A stretch of 64,000 bases of DNA, from assembly GCF_006345805.1 (NCBI RefSeq), contig NC_043000.1, positions 104,160,001-104,224,000 on the forward strand, given 5' to 3'. Of this stretch, positions 1 through 11,992 are shown piece by piece. The position numbers and the translations under genes are program-made. Source of the DNA: Octopus sinensis (lineage: Eukaryota). The notes beneath the pieces are model-generated. The model ran no database searches. It worked only from the letters and a program-made list of their open reading frames with translations, and was not told where the DNA came from. Within the stretch, counting starts at the first letter, position 1. The number at the start of each line of letters is the position of its first letter.

Positions 1-486
1 TCAAGGCTGAGAAAAATTGTGCATATCAGGAGAGGGATCCGAGGGGAATATTGAGATGGTATACAGGATAGGTATCTATTCGTGTGAGTCCGAATAGTGG
101 TGTCGCTTTGCGTGAGCAGACTGCACAGTATGTCAGTCGGTGTGCGACTGAGGCAGAGTGAACGAGCGTGCGCATAAGTGCTGAATGTGCCAGTTGTTGC
201 GTGACTGAGGCAGTGAAGTGAGCGTGCAAGCTCTCTCTCTCCTCCTTTCGCTCCATTTGTGTGTTTTCTTAATATGTATGTGCAGTGGAGACCTGTTTGC
301 GTTAATAGCAATCGGGATCGTTAAATGTTTCTTTCATTCTCTCACTTTTTCACCCTCTCTCTCTGCAATCTTCGCATCCAGTGTTACAAAGTATTGACGT
401 CAAATAGGCCATCATCAAAACAAGTGTTGTATCCAGTCAGCCGTGACAAATCAGCAGCGTCTCAACAGCTGCGTCTAATCATCCGA

Positions 487-517
<31 letters not shown>

Positions 518-746
518 ATGTATGTATGTATGTATGTATGTATGTATGTATGTATGTATGTATGTATTTATGTATGCCTGTATGTATGTATGTATATATG
601 TATGTATGCATGGATGTATGCATGTATGTATGTATGTATGTATGTATGTATGTATGTACATATGTGTGTATGTATGTATTATGTATGAATGTATTACGTA
701 TGTATGTATGTATGTATGTATGTATGTATGTATGTATGTATGTATG

Positions 747-775
<29 letters not shown>
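487..775. repeat. (TATG)n microsatellite
   Basis: Long, mostly pure tetranucleotide array. Confidence 0.97.
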
Positions 776-777
<2 letters not shown>

Positions 778-1025
778 GTGCGTGCGTGCGTGTATGTGCA
801 CTATGACCGAATTCCCATCGGCTGATTTTCCCGATTTTTCTCACTCACTGCAGTAGCGTGTACAGAGACAAAAGGATAAAACAAAATAGCACTAACGATA
901 GAACACAGAGATGTATGCGCAAAATCTTTAAGAGGTAGGAAGCTGGGACAGAATCAAAGCTTTTTGCCAGAAAAACGTTTCAAATCATTCGTAAATCAAG
1001 AAGTAATAGTGTAAATTAAATTAAT

Positions 1026-1385
1026 ATTCTTTTCTACTCTAGGCACAAGGCCCCAGTACGCAACTGGTACTTAATTTATCGACTCCGAAAGGATGAACGC
1101 AATCTCGACCGTAGCGGAATTTGAACTCAGAACGTAGCGGCAGACGAAATACCTATTTCTTTACTACCCACAAGGTGCTAAACACAGAGAGGACAAACAA
1201 GGACAGACAAATGGATTATGTCGATTATATCGACCCCAGTGCGTAACTGGTACTTAATTTATCGACCCCGAAAGGACGAAAGGCAAAGTCGACCTCGGCG
1301 GAATTTGAACTCAGAACGTAACGGCAGACGAAATACGGCTACGCATTTCGCCCGGCGTGCTATCGTTTCTGCCAGCTCGCCGCCT
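1026..1385 (-). mobile_element. tRNA-derived SINE family A (dimeric)
   Basis: Minus head GGCGGCGAGCTGGCAGAAACG...GAGTTCAAATTCC (A/B boxes); 10-bp TSD TTAAATTAAT. Confidence 0.85.
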
Positions 1386-2025
1386 TTAAATTAATTCATA
1401 TTGTATTCATGAACTGGCGATATTTGATGATGTTTTCGTACTTGCACATCGTTGTCACACCAGGAAGTTCAAATAAGATCTCAGCACAGAAGAGTCCTAT
1501 TCTTCCTAAAGCCTAATATGTTCATAGTCTTGGCAACATTTTCAGGTAGAACTGCACTTGCGCATGCCTGTTCAAAACAAATCAGTACTAAATGATTCAG
1601 ACGAACTTGTCCCATATGGTTGAGTAGCTATCTTTGGAATTTCCTGTGGGTACTAAAAGAATACTCGGTAGAACACAATGTTGCAGTAACCACAATTAAA
1701 GTTTGAATTTAAGTCGTTACAAAGTATTGAATGTCGGAAATCCAGCATCTCTGTAGTCGAACCTTTGACCATAGAAATCGTTCAAGCAGTCTTTGATCGA
1801 GGATTTTCACTCGAAATTTTTCCCGAAAATTGGAGCGTTGGTTAATACAGATTCGTTGTCGCAACCCTCTCCAGGTTCACTGCTTCTACATCTATAGTAG
1901 TGCATTAAAGTAAAATGTAAGAAACAAGAACAAACTTTGTAAATTAGAGAGATTAAAATATAACAACGGAACTGACCAAGAAATAACAGAAACAGTAACA
2001 ATTTGCAGCGCGAAAGACACATATT

Positions 2026-2092
2026 AGCTCTTCTTCTTCTTCTCCTCCTCCTCCTCCTCCTCCTACTACTACTACTACTACTACTACTACTA
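2026..2092. repeat. Compound (CTT)n(CTC)n(CTA)n microsatellite
   Basis: Direct inspection. Confidence 0.92.
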
Positions 2093-3199
2093 TTCCGCGC
2101 CATTTGCTAGCTTCACTTCTTTGAGGCCATTAAGCTTGTGGCTCGCAGAAGCGAAGAAAGAAGAGAGTACGTAAAATAAAACCGAATACAAGTTCACTGA
2201 CCAACTATAAGCACCCAACCAGAACGACTGACCTAAATAAAATTTATGACTCCGGAACTTATATATATATATATCAACCAACAATCTCATTACAAACAAG
2301 ATGCAGTGTCAGATCGCAGTTGGCGCAACGAAAGTTTTGACACAACTAATAAACGTGAAATTAACAGTCTTTGCGTGTTTTTGAATGGCTAATATTGTAT
2401 GAGCTTTTCCCGCTGTAATTGTTTTAGTTTCAATGTACGGTCTTAGATCAAATCTCTTCCGGTAAGTAAAAGTAGAATCTTCATGTTTACAAGGCGAAAA
2501 ATTGGCCAAGACATGGCTTCACTGCACAGAAATATTTATAAAATGAGAAACTAGCGTAAAAGGCGGCAAAATTCGTGTTCGTAGATAATAACAATGAAAA
2601 TAAATGAGACAGTTGTGAACTAGTAGAGTAACTTCACAAAGATATAAGTAAAATGAGTAATACTAATCGGAGCATAATTAATGTACCGTGCTCGTTTGTC
2701 TATTGAAAAATGACTGATTGTACTTGATATATATGGAAAACGACAGAAAAACATTAAACAAGATACTACCCAAAATAAAAGAGCCAAAAATAAGATAAGA
2801 TATTATCTGCTGATTCCCGTTTTACAAACTGATGCGGAAGAAATACGCTGCTGTGAAAAATTAGTGATGTTATCCGTGGAAATTGAGAAAAATATGACAA
2901 GTTTACATTAATATTAAATTTTGTGAGTCCGATCAAGATTCAGGAAAGGCTGTTGGGAGCCCTAGTTTTCCTTGGACTGGTACCGCCACTGAGTGACTGT
3001 GGAAGCTGGTGACGGTATGCGTTAGCAACAATTAGTCAATAGAAAAATCTTGATAAGTCGCTTTGAAGTGTGGGAAATCCAATATATTGGACCTTGCGCT
3101 TCGTCTTAAATTGATCGAGAGAGAAAGAGTAGTATTGCCCCGTGGGATATAGGTAAGAAATCCAAGAAATGGAGATGAAAGGTGTAGCAAGATTTGAAA

Positions 3200-5120
3200 C
3201 CGAATAAATCTCCCTCCACGTAACGAATGGGAATAGTGAATTCCTCACTTCTTCCTTGAAACGGAAGATCGAGCTGTTCGAATCTACCCCAACGACTGCT
3301 CATCTCAGGTCGGTCATCAGCTCAACTCCGAGCAATGGTCGACCACCTAACTTAAAGACGGCTATTAGTCCAAATTCAACGAATTTGACATTAATTGGGC
3401 TGTTCGCCTTCTTTTCTCTCTGTCCTCTTTCGTCCCGTGTACCACAAACACCCCCGAGCCCTCCAGATGATCACCTACACTGGCCCAATCAACCAAGTTT
3501 TTCATAACCCATCTTCACTCCTGACAATGCCAGGAGGGCAATTGCCTCGCCTCCAGCAGGTTCTGGTGCTGGAATCGCAGCTCAAGGATGGTATCCCCCT
3601 GTCAGCAGGTGATGCTGGGCTCGAACTCTTGGAGAACCTAACACAGTTCATAAACATGTTCTCCTCTGAGAGTTTCCTTACCTACATTTGTCCCCTGTTC
3701 TTTGGGGCCAAACTACTTGGTCTCATCAAGCCCAACGGTGACCTCCACCCCATATCAGTTGGTTGAACTCTGCGATGGCTCACAGCAAAAATGTGCCTGT
3801 CCTCAATTTCTAACTGCCTGACCGTGGAATTTTACCCTATTCGGCCATGAGTGGGTACTAAGTTAAGCTGTGAGGCTGCAGCTCATATCACAAGGGCTTT
3901 CACCAACTTGCCCGCTGAGTCTCCAAAGGCCATCCTCAAACTTGACTTTAAGAATGCTCTTAACTCCATCAATTGAGACGTCATCCTCCACGCAGTAAGG
4001 GAGAATCCCACCCACACACACATACACTTTATTACTTTGCTTGGAAAACCTATCGGGAGCCCTCCTACCTATCATTTGGTGACCACCTCATCCCATCTGC
4101 CTCTGGAGTCCAACAGGATAATCCACTTGGTCCTGCCATATCAGCATTGGGTATTGATGTTACCAATATGAGAGGCGACCTAGACCTAAATGTCTGGTAC
4201 CTCGATTATGCTTGTTTGGGAAGCCCTTCTGACAAAATGCTTGCAACTGCGAGGATGATGATCGAGGAACTTCAACGTAGAGGTCTTAGCGTTAACAGCT
4301 CCAAATGTAAGCTCTGGCTCCTCAACCACCCAACTTCGCACGAGCAGACTACTAAACTATTTTCAAAGTGTCGCCTACATTCAGCTAGTGCAAAATTCTC
4401 AGCGGACTGGATTGATGCCCTGCCTGTGGCCAACATTAGAGGTCTACTCAGTGTATATGAACTCCACATCTCCATCGCACTCAGAATGGGAGCTAACATC
4501 TATAGGGAACTGAGATACTGCTATAGTAGGCCCCTCGACCCCACAGGTCTTCTCGGTCTGTCTTACAGCCTAAATGCTAGTTGCTTCGCTCGTAACACCG
4601 AGCCAAACCTAATCATTAAACGAGCCCTGGCTCGGATTAATATCTCCTCAGTTCTGGAGCCGTCGGGGTTATACAGAAATGATGGAAAAAGACCAGATGG
4701 TCTTACCCACTGTCCCTGGGTTAAAGGTAGGTGCCTCGTTTGGGACGTCACAGTTTGGGACGTCACAGTCTGTGACTCCTTTGCTCTCTCCTACATCCTG
4801 GATGCTGCAACTAATGGGAGGATCACTGCTTCTGTAGTCGAACGGAAGAAAACCCTGAAGTATCGGGACCTGACAGTGAACTATCTCTTCCAACCTGAGG
4901 CATTTGAGACGTTCGGAGGGACTGGACCACTAACCGCAAAATTCTTGTCAACGTTGGCAGCTCGCGTCATCGAGGTGTCAGGTGATGCCCGTAAGACCGC
5001 TTGGTTTTCTCTACGCCTTACTCTGGCCATCGCCCGTGGTAATGCTGCGAGCGCACTGGCTTGCTTCAGTAGATTCCGTTAAACCTTGAGGTGTGCGACC
5101 AGATGCTGTGATAAAAAAAA
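3200..5120 (+). mobile_element. CRE-clade non-LTR retrotransposon relic (RT + restriction-like endonuclease)
   Basis: FFGAKLLGLIKPNGDLHPISVG, LKLDFKNALNSI, GVQQDNPLGP, WYLDYA (YLDD decayed), KRPDGLTHCPWVKGRCLVWDVTV; stops and frameshifts in the 5' part; short 3' UTR and A8 tract near 5113. Confidence 0.85.
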
Positions 5121-5201
5121 TTCCCACAAATGGTTTCAACATAGTTTTAAGAGAAAGATTTGGAAGAATTAGATGAAAGTTATCTGGTAACACAAACATA
5201 C

Positions 5202-5259
<58 letters not shown>

Positions 5260-5261
<2 letters not shown>

Positions 5262-5422
5262 GAGCTTCTTTCAGTTTCCGTCTACCAAATACACTCACAA
5301 GGCTTTGGTCGGCGCGAGGCTATAGTAGAAGACACTTGCCCAAGGTGCCACGCAGTGGGACGGAACCCGGAACCATGTGGTTGGTAAACAAGCTACTTAC
5401 CACACAGCCACTCCTGCGCCTA
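5260..5422 (-). mobile_element. tRNA-derived CORE-like SINE family B (head)
   Basis: GGCTGTGTGGTAAGTAGCTTG...GGTTCCGGGTTC...CTTGGGCAAGTGTCTTCTACTATAGCC, followed by (TA)n. Confidence 0.85.
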
Positions 5423-5869
5423 TTGCGGATGTTTAAACGGAGATATAGTATAACTGAAAAGATAGATCTGTGGGTTATGTCTAGTCTTTTCGTTTACTAC
5501 TTATGTAACATATGACAGCTGGGGGGTTGTGTGACTTGGGGCTCCATGCGAGTAATAAATTATTCCAGCAATGTAATTCTCAATATACACAATAGCTTTG
5601 TATTAAATATGGGATGAATTCAGTGCGTAACACTCAGACACAAAGCCCATTATTGTTAATTTTCACCTGTCGATTAAGCTATACTGATTTCATAATTGAA
5701 TGGCCAACTACAACGGTCCTTCACCAACAGGTTTATGAAGACCATCCTAGTTTTGCAATTGTATATTTTGTTATAATATATTTGTATGAACGGGATGTAG
5801 GATATCAAGAAATAGAACATATCCTGTTGCATAAGCTATGATAAATATTGTATATGCCAAATACTGTAT

Positions 5870-6710
5870 AGGCGCTTGCCACCCGGAATTGAACTCGAGT
5901 GGATAGAGGATACAATCTGCCGGGGTCTGGGTGGCAGCAGTATCAAGCTCCTCAACGTAAATATCTTGCCTGCGGCTGACTGGGAGGGGTCAAAAGCTGT
6001 TTTGAACCTATGGACCCAATCAGCCGAAAATCTTGTATTCCCAGATTTTTAAAGAATGGTCGGATCCAGGTATCCGGTGATACTTGATGGACGCCCCCCA
6101 CCCCCAAGCGTCACCTGTGCCTGGAACCGGGCCATATCAAAAAGAACTGCCCTCAGGACCAAAATAAGGTCTTGGAGCAGGTAATAAAGATACCGCTCTC
6201 TGCTCCCTCATTGGAGGGAGAGAGGAGGAAGTCGAGGAGGTTTCCACCTCCTCGAAAAGGGCAAAAAAGAAAAGAAAAGAAGGATCCGAAGGCTGCGGGA
6301 GGGAGGAGGATCTGGACAAAGCGGAGGAACTCCACCCTCCCGTGGCTCAAGGGGGAAAAAAAAACGAGACATTGCTGGCGGTTTGTGACACACTGCCGGT
6401 ATGTGCCGAAGCACCTTTGGTGGAAGTTGTGCTACCGAAGGTGGAAACTGTAGACTATACTGTGGAGGGGGAATTTGTGGTCCTCTTCCATAAGGGAGGG
6501 ACACTAGAAAGCTTCATTAAGAAGTTTAAAAAGAAAGGCCGAAGGAAGGGGAATCTGTCCTGCACGGAGGACACTGAGTGGCCTTCGCAGGTGGCTGTGG
6601 AGGTCATATTGGAAATCGATCTGTGCAGGATAATGAACTCCTTCCCAGAGGATACCTTTAGATTTGTGTTAAAACGGCTCGACTTGGCACCGTCCAAGTG
6701 TTTGACTAGG
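5870..6710 (+). mobile_element. Decayed ORF1 (gag-like zinc knuckle) of a Tx1/L1-like LINE
   Basis: GRPPP..(C>R)HLCLEPGHIKKNCP at about 6090-6150 followed by Lys/Arg-rich linker; frameshifted. Confidence 0.55.
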
Positions 6711-8163
6711 GCGAGCAAGGGCCCGGGAACAGGGGGTGCAGCGGGTGCGCCTGCACCACCTAGAATTTTCAGGGGGTGCAAGATCAAAATTTGCACCCCC
6801 TACATAATCTTATCAGCTTCAGAGAAAAGTGTCTAAAATCTGTCGGTATAAAATGCTTAAGTTCGCTCTCGTTTCAAAACAATAAATAAATAAATAAATA
6901 AATAAATAAAAGAGATGAAGCTGGCATAAAATTTCCTAGGGAGTTTATGACCACTAACTTCTGAACAAAAGTAGTGTCAAACTACAAAAAAATAAGTTGA
7001 CAATGACCAACAGTAGCAGCAACAATAACAACAAAACCAACATGTATGGTTAATTTTGAATATATAGCATTACTTGAATTATTGAAGACAGCTGCCACCC
7101 AGTTAAAATGTGTCACTCTCTCTTTCTGTCTGTCAATACTTCTCTCCATCTTTCAGTATCACTCCCAAGTTCTTTGTAATTGGTTGAATGAATTCGACCG
7201 TTTTGACCCCAGTCTAAAAATAAAACCCTTTCAAAATTCTTTAAGTCCAAAATGGGCATGAAAAAGTTGTTTGAAAGTAAAAACCTTGAAAGGAAACGTT
7301 TAACTATTAATAATTGCAAACCGAAATTACGAAATAAATTTGTTAAGTCAGACATCCGCTTCTATTCTTACTCAGCGGTATCCCACACAGCTTTCAACAT
7401 TTGGTGGACATTGTCTCCGTTTTCTAACCTTTCCAATCCTCTTCTTTGTAAAACATTCCCTATCTATTTCTATCGTTCTTTCTCTCTACACATCTTCTTT
7501 TCTCTCTTTCTCCATCACTGTTAACCACCTCCTGTCAACCTTTATTGCCTTCTTTCTCTACACTTCCTCTTTCTTTCTACTTGCACTCCCCCGTCAATGG
7601 GTCTTTCCCCCCTCCCGTCCACCTTCTTGGTGCAAAACGACCATTCATATCCCATACCATTATCTGCTTGACCACTGCCTGGATAAGTGCTTTTTTTTCA
7701 ACTACAGTCTAACATTCACTTCAGCCTTGATTTTCCTTTTCATTTTTCATTCAATCTTTACTTTCCTTTTGTTTTATTCCCCTCTCTCTGCTCTTTTTAT
7801 CCTTCTCTTGAGTTCCTTAGGAAATAGTTTACTTTTAGTGTTACTACTAACAAATCGTATCTTAAAGACGTAGTTTAAGCAGAATGCCATATATATCGAC
7901 GACTTTCATTTTTATCTTGCCTTAATTCTGTCGTATTATCAATCGAAAGTCTTCCTGAGTATATATAAAATAGTATCTGCGTCGTATTTGTTTCCGATAC
8001 TGTCCTGCTTTTTCGTTTTATATAGAAAACACTGATTTAATTAGTTTGATAAGTGCCTCTGCACGAAACTCTCGAACCTTCAGTCACTGTGTAACTTTCG
8101 CCGATCAATAAATCTATACTTATTATTTGAGTCTGACTCAACATGAGTTCTATTTTTCATGTT

Positions 8164-8223
8164 TGAATCACTACGCCTCTGATGAGAACCCAATAAAGTT
8201 CGAAAATCGATTAAGGTTGTTCA
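8164..8223 (+). ncRNA. Minimal type-I hammerhead ribozyme (Penelope/retrozyme-like)
   Basis: Stem I GCCT 8175-8178 / AGGT 8214-8217; core CTGATGA 8179-8185; stem II GAAC/GTTC with 8-nt loop; GAA 8202-8204; palindromic stem III AATCGATT 8205-8212; cleavage triplet UUA ending 8213. Confidence 0.7.
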
Positions 8224-8446
8224 TCTTTTTTTCAATCTATGGAGAAATGGCTAAATTGGTGCTACTTAAGAAGAGCGGTCCCGGTGCGCGCACTCGCGTA
8301 CTCGTGCATCCGCGCTAGCTAGTCGTGACTAGTCGATCCTACAACGACTACCAAGCAAAGTAAATAAAACACAAAATAAATTATTTTTTTACACAAAGTA
8401 AATAATTTTTTTAAAACAAAGTAAATAAAACACAAAAACACAAAGT

Positions 8447-8830
8447 GGATCTTTTCAGTTTGAACGGCAGTTTTTAACATAATTTCTAGATAACTAAAAA
8501 ATTTTAAACTTCGTATACTGGTAGAACGTGTTTATAAAACATCTTTTTCTCTTGGCTTTATTGAGAAAATTCTATAGTTTGTAAGGTATTTGGTCTTTAA
8601 TTTCTTCAATTTCTGCAATTTCAAACAATCACTGGCGTCTATTGAGTTTAAAAGCATTCTGTGCCGTATGAATATGTCCCTCGTTTAAGAAACACATTGG
8701 GTTTATTTACATTTGTGAAGAAAAAAAGATTCCCTACCCCACCCCTAACCCTAAATCTAAAATAGATTGAAATGCAATAGATCGATTCTAGGGTCATAAT
8801 TATGGGTGACAATTTCTTTAGGGTGTTTAC
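8447..8830 (+). mobile_element. One-ended relative of the Merlin-like element at 26394
   Basis: Starts GGATCTTTTCAGTTTGAA and shares AAACTTCGTATACTGGTAGAA with the left arm of 26394-28049; no matching right end seen. Confidence 0.5.
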
Positions 8831-8953
8831 AGAGAGAAAGAACCCTCACCTGTAATTTTGATGAAATTCGAATCATAGATATTCCAGTTCATTAGAGAAA
8901 ATATAACAGAAAAGTCTAATTCTTCAATTGCATGTAACACGGGCAACGCCGGG

Positions 8954-8955
<2 letters not shown>
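8830..8955 (+). mobile_element. Helitron 3' end fragment
   Basis: CACGGGCAACGCCGGG terminal hairpin of the same type as at 13215-13240 and 20100-20125. Confidence 0.5.
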
Positions 8956-9012
<57 letters not shown>

Positions 9013-9020
9013 ATATATAT

Positions 9021-9091
<71 letters not shown>
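8955..9091. repeat. (ATCT)n(AT)n microsatellite
   Basis: Direct inspection. Confidence 0.95.
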
Positions 9092-9093
<2 letters not shown>

Positions 9094-9639
9094 CGGGCTT
9101 ATTTCAGTTTTCGTCTACCAAATCCACTCACAAGGCTTCTTACCACACACCCACATATATAATTATGTGTTAGAAGTAGGTCAATAATGTAAACATTATC
9201 AATATCACATACATAATGTATGGTGTTTTTAAAACGCAAGCTTCTCTCCGCACAGCCACAGATATAATTATGGGTTAGAAGCAAGTCTATAATGTAAACA
9301 TTATCAATATCACATACATTATGTATGCGTGTTTTTAAAACGCCAGGAGCTGCGGTTTTTCGTCAGAGAAACATCCCTTTAAAGTCGTATAGAGTTAAAA
9401 AAACAAACAAACACAGTATACCTCAAACCTAGGCGAAACGAAGCCGCTCTGGAAGTGAATGAGATTGACAGATACTAGTATTTTGTAGTATTTTGCTGCT
9501 TATCAAAATTGCCAGTTTCAAGTATATATAAATAAATATATAAAAATTCGCTGACTTCCAAGACAGTGCGAGAAAAAGGTGAGAGGGCGGAGGGGGTAAG
9601 GGAAAGAGTGAGAGAGATTTGAATATAATAAATCTCTAG

Positions 9640-9997
9640 TATTGTTTCTTTATTGTCCACAAGGGGTTAAACATAGAGGGGACAAACAAGAACAGGATGA
9701 AAGGATGAAAGGAAAAGTCGACTTCGGCGGAATTTGAACTCTGAACGTAAAGGCGGACGAAATACCTATTTCTTTACTACCTACAAGGGGCTAAACACAG
9801 AGAGGACAAACAAGGACAGACAAACGGATTAAGTCGATTACATCGACCCCAGTGCGTAACTGGTACTTAATTTATCGACTCCTAAAGGATGAAAGGCAAA
9901 GTCGACCTGGGCGGAATTTGAACTCCGAACGTAGCGACAGACGAAATACCGCTAAGCATTTCATCCGGCTTGCTAACGTTTCTGTCAGCTCGCCGCC
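9640..9997 (-). mobile_element. SINE family A with 21-bp TSD
   Basis: TTGAATATAATAAATCTCTAG at 9619-9639 and 9998-10018. Confidence 0.9.
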
Positions 9998-10514
9998 TTG
10001 AATATAATAAATCTCTAGGAATACACTAGCAATATTTCTACATATAAACATTGACAGCATACCAATAACAGATGAGTTGTATATAATCAAATAAACACTA
10101 TTTAACAAGAGGTGAACAAACAAACTATTTAATCAAGCCAGAGAATATTGTAGAAAGAAATTCAACAAGATAAATAGTTCAAACATTACATCGATTAAAA
10201 TAAACAACATAGTATAAAGTATGAAACGTTAATCAAATGAATACTAGCTTAGCAAAGATTCTTCTTATTTCCACTTGTCGTTCTCTACGTGACCAACGAA
10301 AAAGTAATTCGCTTGCTTATTCCATAAAATAACAATTCGAATTGTTTGAATCTTCACATTTAACTATTTCTTATCTCAAATCAGGATAAAATACAAAACC
10401 TTCAGTCATTAATGTCAGCCAGCGTCAGAGCATCCACGAAATTCAAGTATGCGAATATATCAACGAGACGTCCGTTTTCTTTCTTCTCTGTCTATTCAAG
10501 ATCTGGTCTTCTCA

Positions 10515-10835
10515 CTCTCAAGTACTTCTTAGACCGGAGCAAAGCTCTCAACCTCAGTACCTCTATTCTCTCCTGCCTTCATGAGCTTGAGCTTGTTCGT
10601 ACATCGAATTGTTTCTATTTCAACGGCACATTTTCCTAACAGATCACCTGGGTAACCATGGAGACTAAAAAAAAGCCTGAGCTACGCTAAATTTTTGCAG
10701 ATTATGTCGAAGCTCAAGTCAGTGTTCTTACTCCTGAAATATATGGTAAATAACTCGATGATTGCATCGGAGCCACATCTCTTACCCATACTCAGCTGTG
10801 ACCACATTCATCAACTTCGACTGTTTCCATCCAGC
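10515..10835 (+). mobile_element. Penelope-like element reverse transcriptase fragment (decayed)
   Basis: LKYFLDRS...LELVRTSNCFYFNGTFS*QITWVTMET..LSYA..F.DYVE...EIYGK*LDDCIGATS resembles PLE RT motifs LVLTLNCFSF..YKQINGVAMGT..YIDDCIG. Confidence 0.7.
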
Positions 10836-11062
10836 CTGTAACGAACTTCGTGAGTGAATATATCTTCTCTTGTACTTTCGGGGTACAAGTAAGCAATCAC
10901 TAGCCGTTGCTTTAATAATCCAGATTCTCTACCAGTCAGAAACAACAAGACGCAGACGTAAAAGATATATATACTACTTTATTCTCTTTCTTGATAACAG
11001 TAACAATAAGTGGTTATCTGATGTCCTTGGTTCTGGGCGCGCAAGGCTGAAAGTTAATCGAT

Positions 11063-11520
11063 TGTAATATTTACAATGTTCAGCCGCCAAAAACGGAACG
11101 GGTTAAAGATGGCGTCCGGAACAGGGAGCTGATGAATGTGGTCGGCAACAATTTGGTTAAAGGCCTTCGGCCGACTGCTATCAGAGCTGGACAGATAGAA
11201 TATACGTGTAGTACCTTCGATAGCCATGTCCCAAGTCCCCGCTGACTGCTGCTAGCGGTCAAACGTTCTACGACCCCCTTGCCTTGGCTAACTACCACGT
11301 AGGCAAAAGGGTCGTGCTTCCGGTGGTTCGCGCATGCGCGAGAGGGCCCTTCCTTTCTGTGCCTTGGTGAAGGCACCAACACTCGCACGCGCGAAATAGA
11401 AAATGGACGGTGTGCGCGCGCGCACCGTTATAGGATCACTATAAGCCCTTGAGTTCACTTCTACCATTTCCTCCTTCTCTGTCATTTTCTTGACATCTCT
11501 GTCACCATCGATTATTCAAA
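11063..11520 (+). mobile_element. Probable solo LTR / promoter-like CpG-rich module
   Basis: Starts TGTAATA; GC/CpG-rich with several hairpins, TATAAG near 11440 followed by pyrimidine-rich tract; 3' end not defined. Confidence 0.35.
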
Positions 11521-11530
11521 TCACCCTCTT

Positions 11531-11572
<42 letters not shown>

Positions 11573-11992
11573 CCTCTTTCTCCCTCTCTCTCATGCTCTC
11601 CACATCTATTTTCTATAAACCAACCAACTCTTTTTTCTCACCCCAACCACTCTAAATCTTCTATCCCTCACTCACAGTTGGTACGCCTTCACCACAATTT
11701 TGAAACCTAGTTCCACCTGATGGTTCTCCGATTTGTGCATAGATTTTATCTCCATACTCATATCAATAATGCCCTCTTCCGCACCCGTAACATTGATCGC
11801 ATCTCTGCATTCACGCCCACACTTAGCTTGTCCTTGACTTTCCAACTTAATAACCTTATCTCTTCAACAGTCCATCTCGCGCACTGTTCCGCTCAGACTC
11901 TTCCATTCTCGTCATATTCTATGAGTGACCTATTTGTTGACCTGTTTGCGTGACCTATTTGTTCGACGTGTTTCCTCGGCAGCTTCATGCAA

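Larger units (their letters stand above)
851..2991 (-). mobile_element. Decayed, internally deleted hAT (Tip100-like) DNA transposon
   Basis: Ends CAGTAGCGTGTACAG (851, +) and CAGTGGCGGTACCAG (2991, -); flanks ACTCACTG / AGTGACTG (6/8, possible decayed TSD). Minus strand about 1470-1720 reads IQTLIVVTATLCSTEYSFSTHRKFQR*LLNHMGQVRLNHLVLIC, resembling the hAT C-terminal dimerisation domain. Confidence 0.55.

Noticed and set aside
325-844. ORFs of MYVC/HTYI repeats (likewise at 17264-17940, 19060-19315, 27029-27510, 56440-56898)
   Set aside because: Translations of TATG/CA/TA microsatellites; no coding signal
1807-2103. Protamine-like MARNSSSS...RRRR ORF
   Set aside because: Poly-Ser/poly-Arg arises from a compound trinucleotide microsatellite inside a decayed hAT element; the rest of the ORF has no recognisable domain
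7340-7873. 177-aa hydrophobic ORF
   Set aside because: Product of a pyrimidine-rich strand; the opposite strand may be a decayed LINE end, but the match is too weak to call
11129-11135. CTGATGA/CTGAAGA hammerhead-like cores here and at 12958, 21216, 43220, 44619, 50796
   Set aside because: No stem II followed directly by GAAA, or no stem I/III pairing
11222-11300. Resemblance of CATGTCCCAAGTCCCCGCTGAC to the HDV ribozyme P2/P3/L3
   Set aside because: P3 can form, but there is no 7-bp P1 and no TGGGAC-type P2 partner downstream
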